Source: Auanema rhodensis (lineage: Eukaryota; Animalia; Nematoda). Taken from it: a stretch of 64,000 nt of DNA. Both the position numbers and the translations under genes were made by a program. This document shows, piece by piece, positions 27,627 to 43,200 of this stretch. The notes under the pieces were generated by a model. It was given only the letters and a program-made list of their open reading frames with translations, was not told the origin of the DNA and searched no databases. Each line of letters begins with the position of its first letter. The stretch's first letter is position 1. The DNA lies in assembly GCA_964057225.1 (NCBI GenBank), contig CAXKVF010000080.1:370942-434941 (forward strand). The letters are read 5' to 3'.

Positions 27627-29738
27627 TTAGTCTAAAAACAAATTTTTATTGATATTGCTTCATGGTAACCATGACTTTGAAATTTACGTGAACTTTAATT
27701 TATGCTAATTAAATGTACACGTGATGTGCACTTGGTATGTAACTCGCTTCACGTGAAAGATAAAGAGATGCGGTTTTCAAAATTAGATTCCCCATGTCCA
27801 TATTAGTCTAAAAACAAATTTTTATTGATATTGGTTCATGGTAACCATGACTTTGAATTTTACGTGAACTTTAATTTATGCTAATTAAATGTACACGTGA
27901 TGTGCACTTGGTATGTAACTCGCTTCACGTGAAAGATAAAGAAATGCGGTTTTCAAAATTAGATTCCCCATGTCCATATTAGTCTAAAAACTAATTTTTA
28001 TTGATATTGCTTCATGGTAACCATGACTTTGAATTTTACGTGAACTTTAATTTATGCTAATTAAATGTACACGTGATGTGCACTTGGTATGTAACTCGCT
28101 TCACGTGAAAGATAAAGAAAGGCGGTTTTCAAAATTAGATTCCCCATGTCCATATTAGTCTAAAAACTAATTTTTATTGATATTGGTTCATGGTAACCAT
28201 GACTTTGAAATTTACGTGAACTTTAATTTATGCTAATTAAATGTACACGTGATGTGCACTTGGTATGTAACTCGCTTCACTTGAAAGATAAAGAAATGCG
28301 GTTTTCAAAATTAGATTCCCCATGTCCATATTAGTCTAAAAACAAATTTTTATTGATATTGGTTCATGGTAACCATGACTTTGAAATTTACGTGAACTTT
28401 AATTTATGCTAATTAAATGTACACGTGATGTGCACTTGGTATGTAACTCGCTTCACGTGAAAGATAAAGAGATGCGGTTTTCAAAATTAGATTCCCCATG
28501 TCCATATTAGTCTAAAATTAAATTTTTATTGATATTGGTTCGTGGTAACCATGACTTTGAATTTTACGTGAACTTTAATTTATGCTAATTAAATGTACAC
28601 GTGATGTGCACTTGGTATGTAACTCGCTTCACGTGAAAGATAAAGAAATGCGGTTTTCAAAATTAGATTCCCCATGTCCATATTAGTCTAAAAACTAATT
28701 TTTATTGATATTGGTTCATGGTAACCATGACTTTGAAATTTACGTGAACTTTAATTTATGCTAATTAAATGTACACGTGATGTGCACTTGGTATGTAACT
28801 CGCTTCACGTGAAAGATAAAGAGATGCGGTTTTCAAAATTAGATTCCCCATGTCCATATTAGTCTAAAATTAAATTTTTATTGATATTGGTTCATGGTAA
28901 CCATGACTTTGAAATTTACGTGAACTTTAATTTATGCTAATTAAATGTACACGTGATGTGCACTTGGTATGTAACTCGCTTCACTTGAAAGATAAAGAAA
29001 TGCGGTTTTCAAAATTAGATTCCCCATGTCCATATTAGTCTAAAAACAAATTTTTATTGATATTGCTTCATGGTAACCATGACTTTGAAATTTACGTGAA
29101 CTTTAATTTATGCTAATTAAATGTACACGTGATGTGCACTTGGTATGTAACTCGCTTCACGTGAAAGATAAAGAGATGCGGTTTTCAAAATTAGATTCCC
29201 CATGTCCATATTAGTCTAAAAACAAATTTTTATTGATATTGGTTCATGGTAACCATGACTTTGAATTTTACGTGAACTTTAATTTATGCTAATTAAATGT
29301 ACACGTGATGTGCACTTGGTATGTAACTCGCTTCACGTGAAAGATAAAGAAATGCGGTTTTCAAAATTAGATTCCCCATGTCCATATTAGTCTAAAAACT
29401 AATTTTTATTGATATTGCTTCATGGTAACCATGACTTTGAATTTTACGTGAACTTTAATTTATGCTAATTAAATGTACACGTGATGTGCACTTGGTATGT
29501 AACTCGCTTCACGTGAAAGATAAAGAAAGGCGGTTTTCAAAATTAGATTCCCCATGTCCATATTAGTCTAAAAACTAATTTTTATTGATATTGGTTCATG
29601 GTAACCATGACTTTGAAATTTACGTGAACTTTAATTTATGCTAATTAAATGTACACGTGATGTGCACTTGGTATGTAACTCGCTTCACTTGAAAGATAAA
29701 GAAATGCGGTTTTCAAAATTAGATTCCCCATGTCCATA
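27627..29738 (+). repeat. Partial duplication at 8-monomer offset in a variant-rich patch
   Basis: GAAAGGCGG (G141A+T143G) at ~28121 and ~29529. G127T at 28281, 28985, 29689. Monomers 27627-28330 match 29035-29738. Confidence 0.8.
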
Positions 29739-32700
29739 TTAGTCTAAAAACAAATTTTTATTGATATTGGTTCATGGTAACCATGACTTTGAAATTTACG
29801 TGAACTTTAATTTATGCTAATTAAATGTACACGTGATGTGCACTTGGTATGTAACTCGCTTCACGTGAAAGATAAAGAAATGCGGTTTTCAAAATTAGAT
29901 TCCCCATGTCCATATTAGTCTAAAAACTAATTTTTATTGATATTGGTTCATGGTAACCATGACTTTGAAATTTACGTGAACTTTAATTTATGCTAATTAA
30001 ATGTACACGTGATGTGCACTTGGTATGTAACTCGCTTCACGTGAAAGATAAAGAGATGCGGTTTTCAAAATTAGATTCCCCATGTCCATATTAGTCTAAA
30101 ATTGAATTTTTATTGATATTGGTTCATGGTAACCATGACTTTGAATTTTACGTGAACTTTAATTTATGCTAATTAAATGTACACGTGATGTGCACTTGGT
30201 ATGTAACTCGCTTCACGTGAAAGATAAAGAAATGCGGTTTTCAAAATTAGATTCCCCATGTCCATATTAGTCTAAAAACAAATTTTTATTGATATTGGTT
30301 CATGGTAACCATGACTTTGAAATTTACGTGAACTTTAATTTATGCTAATTAAATGTACACGTGATGTGCACTTGGTATGTAACTCGCTTCACGTGAAAGA
30401 TAAAGAGATGCGGTTTTCAAAATTAGATTCCCCATGTCCATATTAGTCTAAAAACAAATTTTTATTGATATTGGTGCATGGTAACCATGACTTTGAAATT
30501 TACGTGAACTTTAATTTATGCTAATTAAATGTACACGTGATGTGCACTTGGTATGTAATTCGCTTCACGTGAAAGATAATGAGATGCGGTTTTCAAAATT
30601 AGATTCCCCATGTCCATATTAGTCTAAAAACAAATTTTTATTGATATTGGTTCATGGTAACCATGACTTTGAAATTTACGTGAACTTTAATTAATGCTAA
30701 TTAAATGTACACGTGATGTGCACTTGGTATGTAACTCGCTTCACATGAAAGATAAAGAGATGCGGTTTTCAAAATTAGATTCCCCATGTCCATATTAGTC
30801 TAAAAACAAATTTTTATTGATATTGGTTCATGGTAACCATGACTTTGAAATTTACGTGAACTTTAATTTATGCTAATTAAATGTACACGTGATGTGCACT
30901 TGGTATGTAACTCGCTTCACGTGAAAGATAAAGAGATGCGGTTTTCAAAATTAGATTCCCCATGTCCATATTAGTCTAAAAACAAATTTTTATTGATATT
31001 GGTGCATGGTAACCATGACTTTGAAATTTACGTGAACTTTAATTTATGCTAATTAAATGTACACGTGATGTGCACTTGGTATGTAACTCGCTTCACGTGA
31101 AAGATAAAGAGATGCGGTTTTCAAAAATAGATTCCCCATGTCCATATTAGTCTAAAAACAAGTTTTTATTGATATTGGTTCATGGTAACCATGACTTTGA
31201 AATTTACGTGAACTTTAATTTATGCTAATTAAATGTACACGTGATGTGCACTTGGTATGTAACTCGCTTCACGTGAAAGATAAAGAAATGCGGTTTTCAA
31301 AATTAGATTCCCCATGTCCATATTAGTCTAAAAACAAATTTTTATTGATATTGGTTCATGGTAACCATGACTTTGAAATTTACGTGAACTTTAATTTATG
31401 CTAATTAAATGTACACGTGATGTGCACTTGGTATGTAACTCGCTTCACGTGAAAGATAAAGAGATGCGGTTTTCAAAATTAGATTCCCCATGTCCATATT
31501 AGTCTAAAAACAAATTTTTATTGATATTGGTTCATGGTAACCATGACTTTGAAATTTACGTGAACTTTAATTTATGCTAATTAAATGTACACGTGATGTG
31601 CACTTGGTATGTAACTCGCTTCACGTGAAAGATAAAGAGATGCGGTTTTCAAAATTAGATTCCCCATGTCCATATTAGTCTAAAAACAAATTTTTATTGA
31701 TATTGCTTCATGGTAACCATGACTTTGAAATTTACGTGAACTTTAATTTATGCTAATTAAATGTACACGTGATGTGCACTTGGTATGTAACTCGCTTCAC
31801 GTGAAAGATAAAGAGATGCGGTTTTCAAAATTAGATTCCCCATGTCCATATTAGTCTAAAAACAAATTTTTATTGATATTGGTTCATGGTAACCATGACT
31901 TTGAAATTTACGTGAACTTTAATTTATGCTAATTAAATGTACACGTGATGTGCACTTGGTATGTAACTCGCTTCACGTGAAAGATAAAGAGATGCGGTTT
32001 TCAAAATTAGATTCCCCATGTCCATATTAGTCTAAAAACAAATTTTTATTGATATTGCTTCATGGTAACCATGACTTTGAAATTTACGTGAACTTTAATT
32101 AATGCTAATTAAATGTACACGTGATGTGCACTTGGTATGTAACTCGCTTCACGTGAAAGATAAAGAGATGCGGTTTTCAAAATTAGATTCCCCATGTCCA
32201 TATTAGTCTAAAAACAAGTTTTTATTGATATTGGTTCATGGTAACCATGACTTTGAAATTTACGTGAACTTTAATTAATGCTAATTAAATGTACACGTGA
32301 TGTGCACTTGGTATGTAACTCGCTTCACGTGAAAGATAAAGAAATGCGGTTTTCAAAATTAGATTCCCCATGTCCATATTAGTCTAAAAACAAATTTTTA
32401 TTGATATTGCTTCATGGTAACCATGACTTTGAAATTTACGTGAACTTTAATTTATGCTAATTAAATGTACACGTGATGTGCACTTGGTATGTAACTCGCT
32501 TCACGTGAAAGATAAAGAGATGCGGTTTTCAAAATTAGATTCCCCATGTCCATATTAGTCTAAAAACAAATTTTTATTGATATTGGTTCATGGTAACCAT
32601 GACTTTGAATTTTACGTGAACTTTAATTTATGCTAATTAAATGTACACGTGATGTGCACTTGGTATGTAACTCGCTTCACGTGAAAGATAAAGAGATGCG

Positions 32701-35700
32701 GTTTTCAAAATTAGATTCCCCATGTCCATATTAGTCTAAAAACAAATTTTTATTGATATTGCTTCATGGTAACCATGACTTTGAAATTTACGTGAACTTT
32801 AATTTATGCTAATTAAATGTACACGTGATGTGCACTTGGTATGTAACTCGCTTCACGTGAAAGATAAAGAGATGCGGTTTTCAAAATTAGATTCCCCATG
32901 TCCATATTAGTCTAAAAACAAATTTTTATTGATATTGGTTCATGGTAACCATGACTTTGAAATTTACGTGAACTTTAATTAATGCTAATTAAATGTACAC
33001 GTGATGTGCACTTGGTATGTAACTCGCTTCACGTGAAAGATAAAGAGATGCGGTTTTCAAAATTAGATTCCCCATGTCCATATTAGTCTAAAAACAAATT
33101 TTTATTGATATTGCTTCATGGTAACCATGACTTTGAAATTTACGTGAACTTTAATTAATGCTAATTAAATGTACACGTGATGTGCACTTGGTATGTAACT
33201 CGCTTCACGTGAAAGATAAAGAGATGCGGTTTTCAAAATTAGATTCCCCATGTCCATATTAGTCTAAAAACAAATTTTTATTGATATTGGTTCATGGTAA
33301 CCATGACTTTGAAATTTACGTGAACTTTAATTTATGCTAATTAAATGTACACGTGATGTGCACTTGGTATGTAACTCGCTTCACGTGAAAGATAAAGAGA
33401 TGCGGTTTTCAAAATTAGATTCCCCATGTCCATATTAGTCTAAAAACAAATTTTTATTGATATTGCTTCATGGTAACCATGACTTTGAAATTTACGTGAA
33501 CTTTAATTTATGCTAATTAAATGTACACGTGATGTGCACTTGGTATGTAACTCGCTTCACGTGAAAGATAAAGAGATGCGGTTTTCAAAATTAGATTCCC
33601 CATGTCCATATTAGTCTAAAAACAAATTTTTATTGATATTGGTTCATGGTAACCATGACTTTGAATTTTACGTGAACTTTAATTTATGCTAATTAAATGT
33701 ACACGTGATGTGCACTTGGTATGTAACTCGCTTCACGTGAAAGATAAAGAGATGCGGTTTTCAAAATTAGATTCCCCATGTCCATATTAGTCTAAAAACA
33801 AATTTTTATTGATATTGGTTCATGGTAACCATGACTTTGAAATTTACGTGAACTTTAATTAATGCTAATTAAATGTACACGTGATGTGCACTTGGTATGT
33901 AACTCGCTTCACGTGAAAGATAAAGAGATGCGGTTTTCAAAATTAGATTCCCCATGTCCATATTAGTCTAAAAACAAATTTTTATTGATATTGCTTCATG
34001 GTAACCATGACTTTGAAATTTACGTGAACTTTAATTTATGCTAATTAAATGTACACGTGATGTGCACTTGGTATGTAACTCGCTTCACATGAAAGATGAA
34101 GAGATGCGGTTTTCAAAATTAGATTCCCCATGTCCATATTAGTCTAAAAACAAATTTTTATTGATATTGGTTCATGGTAACCATGACTTTGAATTTTACG
34201 TGAACTTTAATTTATGCTAATTAAATGTACACGTGATGTGCACTTGGTATGTAACTCGCTTCACGTGAAAGATAAAGAAATGCGGTTTTCAAAATTAGAT
34301 TCCCCATGTCCATATTAGTCTAAAAACAAATTTTTATTGATATTGGTTCATGGTAACCATGACTTTGAAATTTACGTGAACTTTAATTTATGCTAATTAA
34401 ATGTACACGTGATGTGCACTTGGTATGTAACTCGCTTCACGTGAAAGATAAAGAGATGCGGTTTTCAAAATTAGATTCCCCATGTCCATATTAGTCTAAA
34501 AACAAATTTTTATTGATATTGCTTCATGGTAACCATGACTTTGAAATTTACGTGAACTTTAATTTATGCTAATTAAATGTACACGTGATGTGCACTTGGT
34601 ATGTAACTCGCTTCACGTGAAAGATAAAGAGATGCGGTTTTCAAAATTAGATTCCCCATGTCCATATTAGTCTAAAAACAAATTTTTATTGATATTGGTT
34701 CATGGTAACCATGACTTTGAATTTTACGTGAACTTTAATTTATGCTAATTAAATGTACACGTGATGTGCACTTGGTATGTAACTCGCTTCACGTGAAAGA
34801 TAAAGAAATGCGGTTTTCAAAATTAGATTCCCCATATCCATATTAGTCTAAAAACAAATTTTTATTGATATTGCTTCATGGTAACCATGACTTTGAAATT
34901 TACGTGAACTTTAATTTATGCTAATTAAATGTACACGTGATGTGCACTTGGTATGTAACTCGCTTCACGTGAAAGATAAAGAGATGCGGTTTTCAAAATT
35001 AGATTCCCCATGTCCATATTAGTCTAAAAACAAATTTTTATTGATATTGGTTCATGGTAACCATGACTTTGAATTTTACGTGAACTTTAATTTATGCTAA
35101 TTAAATGTACACGTGATGTGCACTTGGTATGTAACTCGCTTCACGTGAAAGATAAAGAGATGCGGTTTTCAAAATTAGATTCCCCATGTCCATATTAGTC
35201 TAAAAACAAATTTTTATTGATATTGCTTCATGGTAACCATGACTTTGAAATTTACGTGAACTTTAATTTATGCTAATTAAATGTACACGTGATGTGCACT
35301 TGGTATGTAACTCGCTTCACGTGAAAGATAAAGAGATGCGGTTTTCAAAATTAGATTCCCCATGTCCATATTAGTCTAAAAACAAATTTTTATTGATATT
35401 GGTTCATGGTAACCATGACTTTGAATTTTACGTGAACTTTAATTTATGCTAATTAAATGTACACGTGATGTGCACTTGGTATGTAACTCGCTTCACGTGA
35501 AAGATAAAGAAATGCGGTTTTCAAAATTAGATTCCCCATGTCCATATTAGTCTAAAAACAAATTTTTATTGATATTGGTTCATGGTAACCATGACTTTGA
35601 AATTTACGTGAACTTTAATTTATGCTAATTAAATGTACACGTGATGTGCACTTGGTATGTAACTCGCTTCACGTGAAAGATAAAGAGATGCGGTTTTCAA

Positions 35701-38538
35701 AATTAGATTCCCCATGTCCATATTAGTCTAAAAACAAATTTTTATTGATATTGCTTCATGGTAACCATGACTTTGAAATTTACGTGAACTTTAATTTATG
35801 CTAATTAAATGTACACGTGATGTGCACTTGGTATGTAACTCGCTTCACGTGAAAGATAAAGAAATGCGGTTTTCAAAATTAGATTCCCCATGTCCATATT
35901 AGTCTAAAAACAAATTTTTATTGATATTGGTTCATGGTAACCATGACTTTGAAATTTACGTGAACTTTAATTTATGCTAATTAAATGTACACGTGATGTG
36001 CACTTGGTATGTAACTCGCTTCACGTGAAAGATAAAGAGATGCGGTTTTCAAAATTAGATTCCCCATGTCCATATTAGTCTAAAAACAAATTTTTATTGA
36101 TATTGCTTCATGGTAACCATGACTTTGAAATTTACGTGAACTTTAATTTATGCTAATTAAATGTACACGTGATGTGCACTTGGTATGTAACTCGCTTCAC
36201 GTGAAAGATAAAGAGATGCGGTTTTCAAAATTAGATTCCCCATGTCCATATTAGTCTAAAAACAAATTTTTATTGATATTGCTTCATGGTAACCATGACT
36301 TTGAAATTTACGTGAACTTTAATTTATGCTAATTAAATGTACACGTGATGTGCACTTGGTATGTAACTCGCTTCACGTGAAAGATAAAGAGATGCGGTTT
36401 TCAAAATTAGATTCCCCATGTCCATATTAGTCTAAAAACAAATTTTTATTGATATTGGTTCATGGTAACCATGACTTTGAAATTTACGTGAACTTTAATT
36501 AATGCTAATTAAATGTACACGTGATGTGCACTTGGTATGTAACTCGCTTCACGTGAAAGATAAAGAGATGCGGTTTTCAAAATTAGATTCCCCATGTCCA
36601 TATTAGTCTAAAAACAAATTTTTATTGATATTGCTTCATGGTAACCATGACTTTGAAATTTACGTGAACATTAATTTATGCTAATTAAATGTACACGTGA
36701 TGTGCACTTGGTATGTAACTCGCTTCACGTGAAAGATAAAGAGATGCGGTTTTCAAAATTAGATTCCCCATGTCCATATTAGTCTAAAAACAAATTTTTA
36801 TTGATATTGGTTTATGGTAACCATGACTTTGAATTTTACGTGAACTTTAATTTATGCTAATTAAATGTACACGTGATGTGCACTTGGTATGTAACTCGCT
36901 TCACGTGAAAGATAAAGAAATGCGGTTTTCAAAATTAGATTCCCCATGTCCATATTAGTCTAAAAACAAATTTTTATTGATATTGGTTCATGGTAACCAT
37001 GACTTTGAAATTTACGTGAACTTTAATTTATGCTAATTAAATGTACACGTGATGTGTACTTGGTATGTAACTCGCTTCACGTGAAAGATAAAGAGATGCG
37101 GTTTTCAAAATTAGATTCCCCATGTCCATATTAGTCTAAAAACAAATTTTTATTGATATTGCTTCATGGTAACCATGACTTTGAAACTTACGTGAACTTT
37201 AATTTATGCTAATTAAATGTACACGTGATGTGCACTTGGTATGTAACTCGCTTCACGTGAAAGATAAAGAGATGCGGTTTTCAAAATTAGATTCCCCATG
37301 TCCATATTAGTCTAAAAACAAATTTTTATTGATATTGGTTCATGGTAACCATGACTTTGAATTTTACGTGAACTTTAATTTATGCTAATTAAATGTACAC
37401 GTGATGTGCACTTGGTATGTAACTCGCTTCACGTGAAAGATAAAGAAATGCGGTTTTCAAAATTAGATTCCCCATGTCCATATTAGTCTAAAAACAAATT
37501 TTTATTAATATTGGTTCATGGTAACCATGACTTTGAAATTTACGTGAACTTTAATTTATGCTAATTAAATGTACACGTGATGTGCACTTGGTATGTAACT
37601 CGCTTCACGTGAAAGATAAAGAGATGCGGTTTTCAAAATTAGATTCCCCATGTCCATATTAGTCTAAAAACAAATTTTTATTGATATTGCTTCATGGTAA
37701 CCATGACTTTGAAATTTACGTGAACTTTAATTTATGCTAATTAAATGTACACGTGATGTGCACTTGGTATGTAACTCGCTTCACGTGAAAGATAAAGAGA
37801 TGCGGTTTTCAAAATTAGATTCCCCCTGTCCATATTAGTCTAAAAACAAATTTTTATTGATATTGCTTCATGGTAACCATGACTTTGAAATTTACGTGAA
37901 CTTTAATTTATGCTATGTAAATGTACACGTGATGTGCACTTGGTATGTAACTCGCTTCACGTGAAAGATAAAGAGATGCGGTTTTCAAAATTAGATTCCC
38001 CATGTCCATATTAGTCTAAAAACAAATTTTTATTGATATTGCTTCATGGTAACCATGACTTTGAAATTTACGTGAACTTTAATTTATGCTAATTAAATGT
38101 ACACGTGATGTGCACTTGGTATGTAACTCGCTTCACGTGAAAGATAAAGAGATGCGGTTTTCAAAATTAGATTCCCCATGTCCATATTAGTCTAAAAACA
38201 AATTTTTATTGATATTGGTGCATGGTAACCATGACTTTGAAATTTACGTGAACTTTAATTTATGCTAATTAAATGTACACGTGATGTGCACTTGGTATGT
38301 AACTCGCTTCACGTGAAAGATAAAGAGATGCGGTTTTCAAAATTAGATTCCCCATGTCCATATTAGTCTAAAAACAAATTTTTATTGATATTGCTTCATG
38401 GTAACCATGACTTTGAAATTTACGTGAACTTTAATTTATGCTAATTAAATGTACACGTGATGTGCACTTGGTATGTAACTCGCTTCACGTGAAAGATAAA
38501 GAGGTGCGGTTTTCAAAATTAGATTCCCCATGTCCATA

Positions 38539-40298
38539 TTAGTCTAAAAACAAATTTTTATTGATATTGGTGCATGGTAACCATGACTTTGAAATTTACG
38601 TGAACTTTAATTTATGCTAATTAAATGTACACGTGATGTGCACTTGGTATGTAATTCGCTTCACGTGAAAGATAAAGAGATGCGGTTTTCAAAATTAGAT
38701 TCCCCATGTCCATATTAGTCTAAAAACAAATTTTTATTGATATTGGTTCATGGTAACCATGACTTTGAAATTTACGTGAACTTTAATTAATGCTAATTAA
38801 ATGTACACGTGATGTGCACTTGGTATGTAACTCGCTTCACGTGAAAGATAAAGAGATGCGGTTTTCAAAATTAGATTCCCCATGTCCATATTAGTCTAAA
38901 AACAAATTTTTATTGATATTGCTTCATGGTAACCATGACTTTGAAATTTACGTGAACTTTAATTTATGCTAATTAAATGTACACGTGATGTGCACTTGGT
39001 ATGTAACTCGCTTCACGTGAAAGATAAAGAGATGCGGTTTTCAAAATTAGATTCCCCATGTCCATATTAGTCTAAAAACAAATTTTTATTGATATTGGTT
39101 CATGGTAACCATGACTTTGAATTTTACGTGAACTTTAATTTATGCTAATTAAATGTACACGTGATGTGCACTTGGTATGTAACTCGCTTCACGTAAAAGA
39201 TAAAGAAATGCGGTTTTCAAAATTAGATTCTCCATGTCCATATTAGTCTAAAAACAAATTTTTATTGATATTGGTTCATGGTAACCATGACTTTGAAATT
39301 TACGTGAACTTTAATTTATGCTAATTAAATGTACACGTGATGTGCACTTGGTATGTAACTCGCTTCACGTGAAAGATAAAGAGATGCGGTTTTCAAAATT
39401 AGATTCCCCATGTCCATATTAGTCTAAAAACAAATTTTTATTGATATTGGTGCATGGTAACCATGACTTTGAAATTTACGTGAACTTTAATTTATGCTAA
39501 TTAAATGTACACGTGATGTGCACTTGGTATGTAATTCGCTTCACGTGAAAGATAAAGAGATGCGGTTTTCAAAATTAGATTCCCCATGTCCATATTAGTC
39601 TAAAAACAAATTTTTATTGATATTGGTTCATGGTAACCATGACTTTGAAATTTACGTGAACTTTAATTAATGCTAATTAAATGTACACGTGATGTGCACT
39701 TGGTATGTAACTCGCTTCACGTGAAAGATAAAGAGATGCGGTTTTCAAAATTAGATTCCCCATGTCCATATTAGTCTAAAAACAAATTTTTATTGATATT
39801 GCTTCATGGTAACCATGACTTTGAAATTTACGTGAACTTTAATTTATGCTAATTAAATGTACACGTGATGTGCACTTGGTATGTAACTCGCTTCACGTGA
39901 AAGATAAAGAGATGCGGTTTTCAAAATTAGATTCCCCATGTCCATATTAGTCTAAAAACAAATTTTTATTGATATTGGTTCATGGTAACCATGACTTTGA
40001 ATTTTACGTGAACTTTAATTTATGCTAATTAAATGTACACGTGATGTGCACTTGGTATGTAACTCGCTTCACGTAAAAGATAAAGAAATGCGGTTTTCAA
40101 AATTAGATTCCCCATGTCCATATTAGTCTAAAAACTAATTTTTATTGATATTGGTTCATGGTAACCATGACTTTGAAATTTACGTGAACTTTAATTTATG
40201 CTAATTAAATGTACACGTGATGTGCACTTGGTATGTAACTCGCTTCACGTGAAAGATAAAGAGATGCGGTTTTCTAAATTAGATTCCCCATGTCCATA
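38539..40298 (+). repeat. 5-monomer HOR (880 bp) x2
   Basis: C117T at 38655/39535, T75A at 38789/39669, G129A at 39195/40075. Confidence 0.85.
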
Positions 40299-43200
40299 TT
40301 AGTCTAAAAACAAATTTTTATTGATATTGCTTCATGGTAACCATGACTTTGAAATTTACGTGAACTTTAATTTATGCTAATTAAATGTACACGTGATGTG
40401 CACTTGGTATGTAACTCGCTTCACGTGAAAGATAAAGAAATGCGGTTTTTAAAATTAGATTCCCCATGTCCATATTAGTCTAAAAACTAATTTTTATTGA
40501 TATTGGTTCATGGTAACCATGACTTTGAAATTTACGTGAACTTTAATTTATGCTAATTAAATGTACACGTGATGTGCACTTGGTATGTAACTCGCTTCAC
40601 GTGAAAGATAAAGAGATGCGGTTTTCAAAATTAGATTCCCCATGTCCATATTAGTCTAAAAACTAATTTTTATTGATATTGCTTCATGGTAACCATGACT
40701 TTGAAATTTACGTGAACTTTAATTTATGCTAATTAAATGTACACGTGATGTGCACTTGGTATGTAGCTCGCTTCACGTGAAAGATAAAGAGATGCGGTTT
40801 TCAAAATTAGATTCCCCATGTCCATATTAGTCTAAAAACAAATTTTTATTGATATTGGTTCATGGTAACCATGACTTTGAATTTTACGTGAACTTTAATT
40901 TATGCTAATTAAATGTACACGTGATGTGCACTTGGTATGTAACTCGCTTCACGTGAAAGATAAAGAAATGCGGTTTTCAAAATTAGATTCCCCATGTCCA
41001 TATTAGTCTAAAAACAAATTTTTATTGATATTGGTTCATGGTAACCATGACTTTGAAATTTACGTGAACTTTAATTTATGCTAATTAAATGTACACGTGA
41101 TGTGCACTTGGTATGTAACTCGCTTCACGTGAAAGATAAAGAGATGCGGTTTTCAAAATTAGATTCCCCATGTCCATATTAGTCTAAAAACAAATTTTTA
41201 TTGATATTGGTTCATGGTAACCATGACTTTGAATTTTACGTGAACTTTAATTTATGCTAATTAAATGTACACGTGATGTGCACTTGGTATGTAACTCGCT
41301 TCACGTGAAAGATAAAGAGATGCGGTTTTCAAAATTAGATTCCCCATGTCCATATTAGTCTAAAAACAAATTTTTATTGATATTGGTTCATGGTAACCAT
41401 GACTTTGAATTTTACGTGAACTTTAATTTATGCTAATTAAATGTACACGTGATGTGCACTTGGTATGTAACTCGCTTCACGTGAAAGATAAAGAGATGCG
41501 GTTTTCAAAATTAGATTCCCCATGTCCATATTAGTCTAAAAACAAATTTTTATTGATATTGGTGCATGGTAACCATGACTTTGAAATTTACGTGAACTTT
41601 AATTTATGCTAATTAAATGTACACGTGATGTGCACTTGGTATGTAACTCGCTTCACGTGAAAGATGAAGAGATGCGGTTTTCAAAATTAGATTCCCCATG
41701 TCCATATTAGTCTAAAAACAAATTTTTATTGATATTGGTTCATGGTAACCATGACTTTGAAATTTACGTGAACTTTAATTTATGCTAATTAAATGTACAC
41801 GTGATGTGCACTTGGTATGTAACTCGCTTCACGTGAAAGATAAAGAGATGCGGTTTTCAAAATTAGATTCCCCATGTCCATATTAGTCTAAAAACAAATT
41901 TTTATTGATATTGGTGCATGGTAACCATGACTTTGAAATTTACGTGAACTTTAATTTATGCTAATTAAATGTACACGTGATGTGCACTTGGTATGTAACT
42001 CGCTTCACGTGAAAGATAAAGAGATTCGGTTTTCAAAATTAGATTCCCCATGTCCATATTAGTCTAAAAACAAATTTTTATTGATATTGGTTCATGGTAA
42101 CCATGACTTTGAAATTTACGTGAACTTTAATTTATGCTAATTAAATGTACACGTGATGTGCACTTGGTATGTAACTCGCTTCACGTGAAAGATAAAGAGA
42201 TGCGGTTTTCAAAATTAGATTCCCCATGTCCATATTAGTCTAAAAACAAATTTTTATTGATATTGGTGCATGGTAACCATGACTTTGAAATTTACGTGAA
42301 CTTTAATTTATGCTAATTAAATGTACACGTGATGTGCACTTGGTATGTAACTCGCTTCACGTGAAAGATAAAGAGATGCGGTTTTCAAAATTAGATTCCC
42401 CATGTCCATATTAGTCTAAAAACAAATTTTTATTGATATTGGTTCATGGTAACCATGACTTTGAAATTTACGTGAACTTTAATTAATGCTAATTAAATGT
42501 ACACGTGATGTGCACTTGGTATGTAACTCGCTTCACGTGAAAGATAAAGAGATGCGGTTTTCAAAATTAGATTCCCCATGTCCATATTAGTCTAAAAACA
42601 AATTTTTATTGATATTGCTTCATGGTAACCATGACTTTGAAATTTACGTGAACTTTAATTTATGCTAATTAAATGTACACGTGATGTGCACTTGGTATGT
42701 AACTCGCTTCACGTGAAAGATAAAGAGATGCGGTTTTCAAAATTAGATTCCCCATGTCCATATTAGTCTAAAAACAAATTTTTATTGATATTGGTTCATG
42801 GTAACCATGACTTTGAATTTTACGTGAACTTTAATTTATGCTAATTAAATGTACACGTGATGTGCACTTGGTATGTAACTCGCTTCACGTGAAAGATAAA
42901 GAGATGCGGTTTTCAAAATTAGATTCCCCATGTCCATATTAGTCTAAAAACAAATTTTTATTGATATTGGTTCATGGTAACCATGACTTTGAAATTTACG
43001 TGAACTTTAATTAATGCTAATTAAATGTACACGTGATGTGCACTTGGTATGTAACTCGCTTCACGTGAAAGATAAAGAGATGCGGTTTTCAAAATTAGAT
43101 TCCCCATGTCCATATTAGTCTAAAAACAAATTTTTATTGATATTGCTTCATGGTAACCATGACTTTGAAATTTACGTGAACTTTAATTTATGCTAATTAA

